Origin: Eledone cirrhosa
Taxonomy: Eukaryota
DNA: 24,681 nt
Assembly: GCA_964016885.1 (NCBI GenBank)
Contig: CAXHJY010000170.1
Coordinates: 1-24,681 of the forward strand
Reading direction: 5' to 3'
The notes below the pieces were generated by a model that saw only the letters and a list, made by a program, of their open reading frames with translations, ran no database searches and had not been told where the DNA came from. Below are positions 13,546 through 24,681 of the stretch, one piece after another (position 1 is the stretch's first letter; every line of letters starts with the position of its first letter). A program made the position numbers and the translations under genes.

Positions 13546-14668
13546 TAGACCAAATGGGCATCCTAAACTTTTTGAAATGATTTTTGCTAGACGCGATTTG
13601 ATAAATAATTTTTAGCTTTATCTGTTTTCGACTCTGATGCTTATAATGAACTTGGCAATATATTGTCAATTAATTTCGAAGGGTTGATCTTTGTGGTTTG
13701 TTTTTATTATTGTAGTATTTTCTAATATTTTTATTTTTAATATGTAATATTTTTAATATGTAATATTTTTTCGTAATATTTTTTTAGTTTTCTATTTTAT
13801 TATTATTTATTATTATTATTATTATTATTTTTTTTGGTTTTTGTTTGTGATATTTTTTATTAATATATTGAAATCTGTTCTCTATTTCTGCTTGATAGAT
13901 AATCACGTAGAGTAAAGACAAGATTAGTAGTAATATAGACTCTATATATATGTGTATATATATACACATATATGTATACTTAAATTTTTATAGCACAATG
14001 AGAATGTTCTCCGTGGAAAATTGGGGTTTGCAGAGTTGATCACGTAAATTCACATCGATGTTTGTAGTTATCATATAAACATATGAATTTTTAAAACTAA
14101 ACATAAGATCATTACTTTTCACACATTATGGATACGTGTCTCATTCAGGAATACTGATATTTACATTATAGTGCCTGGTTTTTATACATACTAATACTTC
14201 TACATTAAAACATAGGTTTTTTATGCCTCGCCTATGTCTGGTTACTTTTCATTTTCTCTCTATATAACAGCTGGTTTCTCTCCTAACCACATATATCTCC
14301 CTTACATTAATACTAGAGCTAAATAAATAAATAAATAAATAAATGTATCATTGATACGTTTATTCAACGGATGTCCAACCACCTACTTTTCTCTATATAT
14401 CTATCTCTATCTATCTCCTCTCTCTATATATATCTCTCTCTGTTTCTTTACATGAAGTTCTTCTCTTTATCTATCTTTCCATCTCTCTATTTTGTTCCAT
14501 GCATTTCTTCTTTTTCTTCTTTTTCTTCGTTTTCTTTCTTTCTTTTCTTTCTTTCCTTTTTTCTCTCTTTCTTTCTTTCTGTTTACAATTTTTTTCACTG
14601 CCAAATCAACTTTTCAAATACAAGTCGATGTTGAACGGTATGTCAAATCTATTTATCTATAAAACTGT

Positions 14669-14749
14669 CTATATTGTATTTTGTCTGAGGAAGGCATAGC
14701 ATATTGTTAATATGATATCCCTGAAATATATATAATGAAATAAATATGG
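14669..14749 (+). ncRNA. Type I hammerhead ribozyme with palindromic stem III
   Basis: Stem I CTATATT-g-TATTTTGT / ATGAAATA-AATATGG (with G-U pairs); core CTGAGGA (14685-14691); long stem II AGG-c-ATA-g-CATATT gtt AATATG-a-TAT-c-CCT; GAAA (14723-14726); stem III AT-atat-AT; triplet AUA, predicted cut after 14734. Confidence 0.85.
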
Positions 14750-14784
14750 TTTTATAAATATAGTTTTCCATTTATTTAATATCG

Positions 14785-14935
14785 TATATACATATATATA
14801 TATATACATATTATACTATATATACATATATATAAATATATATACATATATATACATATACATATATATATATATACATATAATATAATATACATATATA
14901 TATTATACATATATATTACATATACATATATATAC

Positions 14936-14986
<51 letters not shown>

Positions 14987-15152
14987 CATATATATATATG
15001 TATATATATATATGTATATATTATACATATATATATATGATATAATATATATATATGTATATAATATATAATGTAATATATATATATTATAATGTTATAT
15101 ATACTATATATTATATATATACATATATATATACATATATACATATATATAC

Positions 15153-15201
<49 letters not shown>

Positions 15202-15220
15202 CATATATACATATATATAC

Positions 15221-15317
<97 letters not shown>

Positions 15318-15360
15318 CATATATATATACATATATATATACATATATACATATATATAC

Positions 15361-15409
<49 letters not shown>

Positions 15410-15472
15410 CATATATACATATATATACATATATATATATACATATATATATACATATATACATATATATAC

Positions 15473-15523
<51 letters not shown>

Positions 15524-15574
15524 TATATACATACATATATATATACATATATATATATATACATATATATATAC

Positions 15575-15605
<31 letters not shown>

Positions 15606-15688
15606 CATATATATATACATATATATATATATACATATATATATACATATATATATATATACATATATATATACATATATATATATAC

Positions 15689-15725
<37 letters not shown>

Positions 15726-15738
15726 CATATATATATAC

Positions 15739-15771
<33 letters not shown>

Positions 15772-15784
15772 GATATATATATAG

Positions 15785-15815
<31 letters not shown>

Positions 15816-15862
15816 GATATATATATAGACATATACATATACATACATATACATATATATAC

Positions 15863-15921
<59 letters not shown>

Positions 15922-16207
15922 CATATATATACATATATATATATACATATACATATATATACATATACATATATATACATATATATATATACATATACAT
16001 ACATATACATATACATATATACACATATATATATATATATATATACACATATATATATACATATATATATATACATATATATATATACATATATATATAT
16101 ACACATATATATATACACATATATATATATATACACACATATATATATATATATATATACATATATATATACACATATATATATATATACACATATATAT
16201 ATATATA

Positions 16208-16241
<34 letters not shown>

Positions 16242-16293
16242 TATATACACATATATATATATACACATATATATACACATATATATATATATA

Positions 16294-16336
<43 letters not shown>

Positions 16337-16432
16337 ACATATATATATATATACATATATATACATATATATATAAATATACATATATATATACATATAT
16401 ATACATATATATACACATATATATATATATAC
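14785..16432. repeat. (TA)n/CA-interrupted microsatellite array
   Basis: Read directly; more degenerate over the first ~330 bp. Confidence 0.99.
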
Positions 16433-16535
16433 ATAAAATATTAAAAAAATAATGAATAAAACAATGAAACAGTTCCTTATATTAAGTTCTTCATACGGAT
16501 TGGACACTACCGTAAACTCTTGGTAGATTTATCTA
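16433..16535. repeat. Chimeric island: direct copy of 22048-22099 fused to an inverted copy of 21915-21965
   Basis: 16433-16485 matches 22048-22099 with one extra A; 16485-16535 is the exact reverse complement of 21915-21965. Confidence 0.95.
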
Positions 16536-20635
<4,100 letters not shown>

Positions 20636-20661
20636 TAGAAAGTGAGGTTTTTTTTTACAAA

Positions 20662-20810
20662 ATGAAAAATAACCGAGGTGTCCTACACGAGTGGAAGTAT
20701 AAAGAAAAAGGGATGAAATCGAAAATGCAACTGAAGTCTTATTTTTTTTTTAAATATATATATTTATTTGGTTCCTTTACCGGTTTCGCAGTTCTTCTGC
20801 TTTTCAAAAG
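20662..20810 (+). CDS. Candidate host exon: first coding exon with a hydrophobic anchor, or a 19-nt microexon at 20792-20810
   Basis: CAAAATG start context; 49 open codons [49 protein letters not shown]; consensus donor AAG|GTGAGT at 20810/20811. An alternative acceptor TTTCGCAG ends at 20791. No homology recognised. Confidence 0.35.
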
Positions 20811-20845
20811 GTGAGTTGAGATGGAGGGTCTGTGGTTTTTCTCAC

Positions 20846-21913
<1,068 letters not shown>

Positions 21914-22849
21914 GTAGATAAATCTACCAAGAGTTTACGGTAGTGTCCAATCCGTATGAAGAACTCAATGTAATCGGGATATCATGGAAAGAAGAGATGC
22001 AATTAAAAATCACTTTTGGTGAAAGATAAACGGAATACAGAGTCAAGATAAAATATTAAAAAAATAATGATAAAACAATGAAACAGTTCCTTATATTAAA
22101 CAAAAAAAGTTCATTATTTAACGATCGTTTCTAGGATATATATGTGTTAGAATTGGCATGCATATTCAACAGATCTATGTACAAAATTATACAAACTATC
22201 AAAATTAAATATACATACCAAACACATATATATGCCGTCTTCAGAAATAATGAAATATATTTATTGATAATAACAACAATTCAAAATTTCAGGTCTGTTT
22301 GGGAACAGAATTCAAATTGACCAATGAAAATACAAAAAGTTTATGCAGTTAGGTGTGTGTATATACATGTAATTAACTTCGTTCACAGATATGCATAAAG
22401 ATATGTGTTCACATGCATACGCATGCCAAAAAGATGTATGTAAATACAAAAATTCAAGGCTAATGTCTCTGTAAGTTTATAATCTACAGATAAAATGCGT
22501 ATAGATACATAATTATAAAATAAATATATACACACATTCATATACTCACACATATTCGTACACTCACACACACACGCGCGTATACGCATAAACATACACA
22601 TAACTACGAACATACATACACACACACACCCCCCCACACACATATATATGTGTATATACTATTATCATAAGCATATGGACATTAATGCACGCACGATAAA
22701 CACTGCCACACATATCTAGATCTAGATACAGAAATTAGGTGGGGGGGGAGAGGTCAGTATTCAACGGTGTCAGCAGACTGCCTATTTATAAATGTATCTA
22801 TAAACTTAGAAATAAAAAGAAAAGAAAAAGAAAAAAGAAATATATCAAG

Positions 22850-24681
<1,832 letters not shown>

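Larger units (their letters stand above)
12688..14784. mobile_element. Second PLE family: divergent pair of 5'-truncated 3' ends; the + copy runs through a T-rich 3' region to a hammerhead
   Basis: The minus copy (13188->12886) encodes the GIY-YIG C-terminus FKLRYNNHKNSF..STALS..WQLK..WNIV..CDLCAEE..LN..CKH. The plus copy (13193->13348) repeats the last 51 codons and the stop. The unit ends at (TA)n near 14785. Confidence 0.82.

Noticed and set aside
13630-13660. CTGATGC..GAAC hammerhead-like motif
   Set aside because: Both core boxes deviate and there are no supporting stems.
14110-14150. Minus-strand CTGAATGAG-ACAC..GTGT-GAAA
   Set aside because: Non-canonical core spacing and no convincing stem I or III.
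21922-22352. Short open frame [25 protein letters not shown] and acceptor-like TTTCAG at 22292 as downstream exons
   Set aside because: No splice combination I tried keeps frame with the 20810 donor; no recognisable homology.
22713-22728. 16-bp perfect palindrome TATCTAGATCTAGATA
   Set aside because: A short TCTAGA tandem in low-complexity context, expected by chance or slippage.

Overview
Eukaryotic, repeat-dominated window, probably from an invertebrate. An octopod cephalopod is plausible from the repeat style but cannot be proven from the sequence. About half the window is (TA)n microsatellite interrupted by CA, and it produces dozens of spurious YIYI ORFs. A nest of retroelements lies between the arrays, almost all on the minus strand. 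It comprises a 5'-truncated RTE LINE with three C-terminal C2H2 fingers, an intact Penelope-like element (PLE) ORF (RT plus C-terminal GIY-YIG, Hydra-clade-like), two 5'-truncated CR1-group LINEs with a covarying 3' hairpin, and a second PLE 3' fragment folded into a ~354-bp inverted repeat. Two unannotated type I hammerhead ribozymes (7941-7998 and 14669-14749, both + strand) mark the right-hand ends of the two PLE units. The same layout occurs twice: LINE 3' tail, truncated LINE body, PLE, hammerhead, (TA)n. The right half holds small unique islands: a 103-bp chimera of direct and inverted copies of a distant sequence, a duplicated CpG-rich island, and a candidate host exon.
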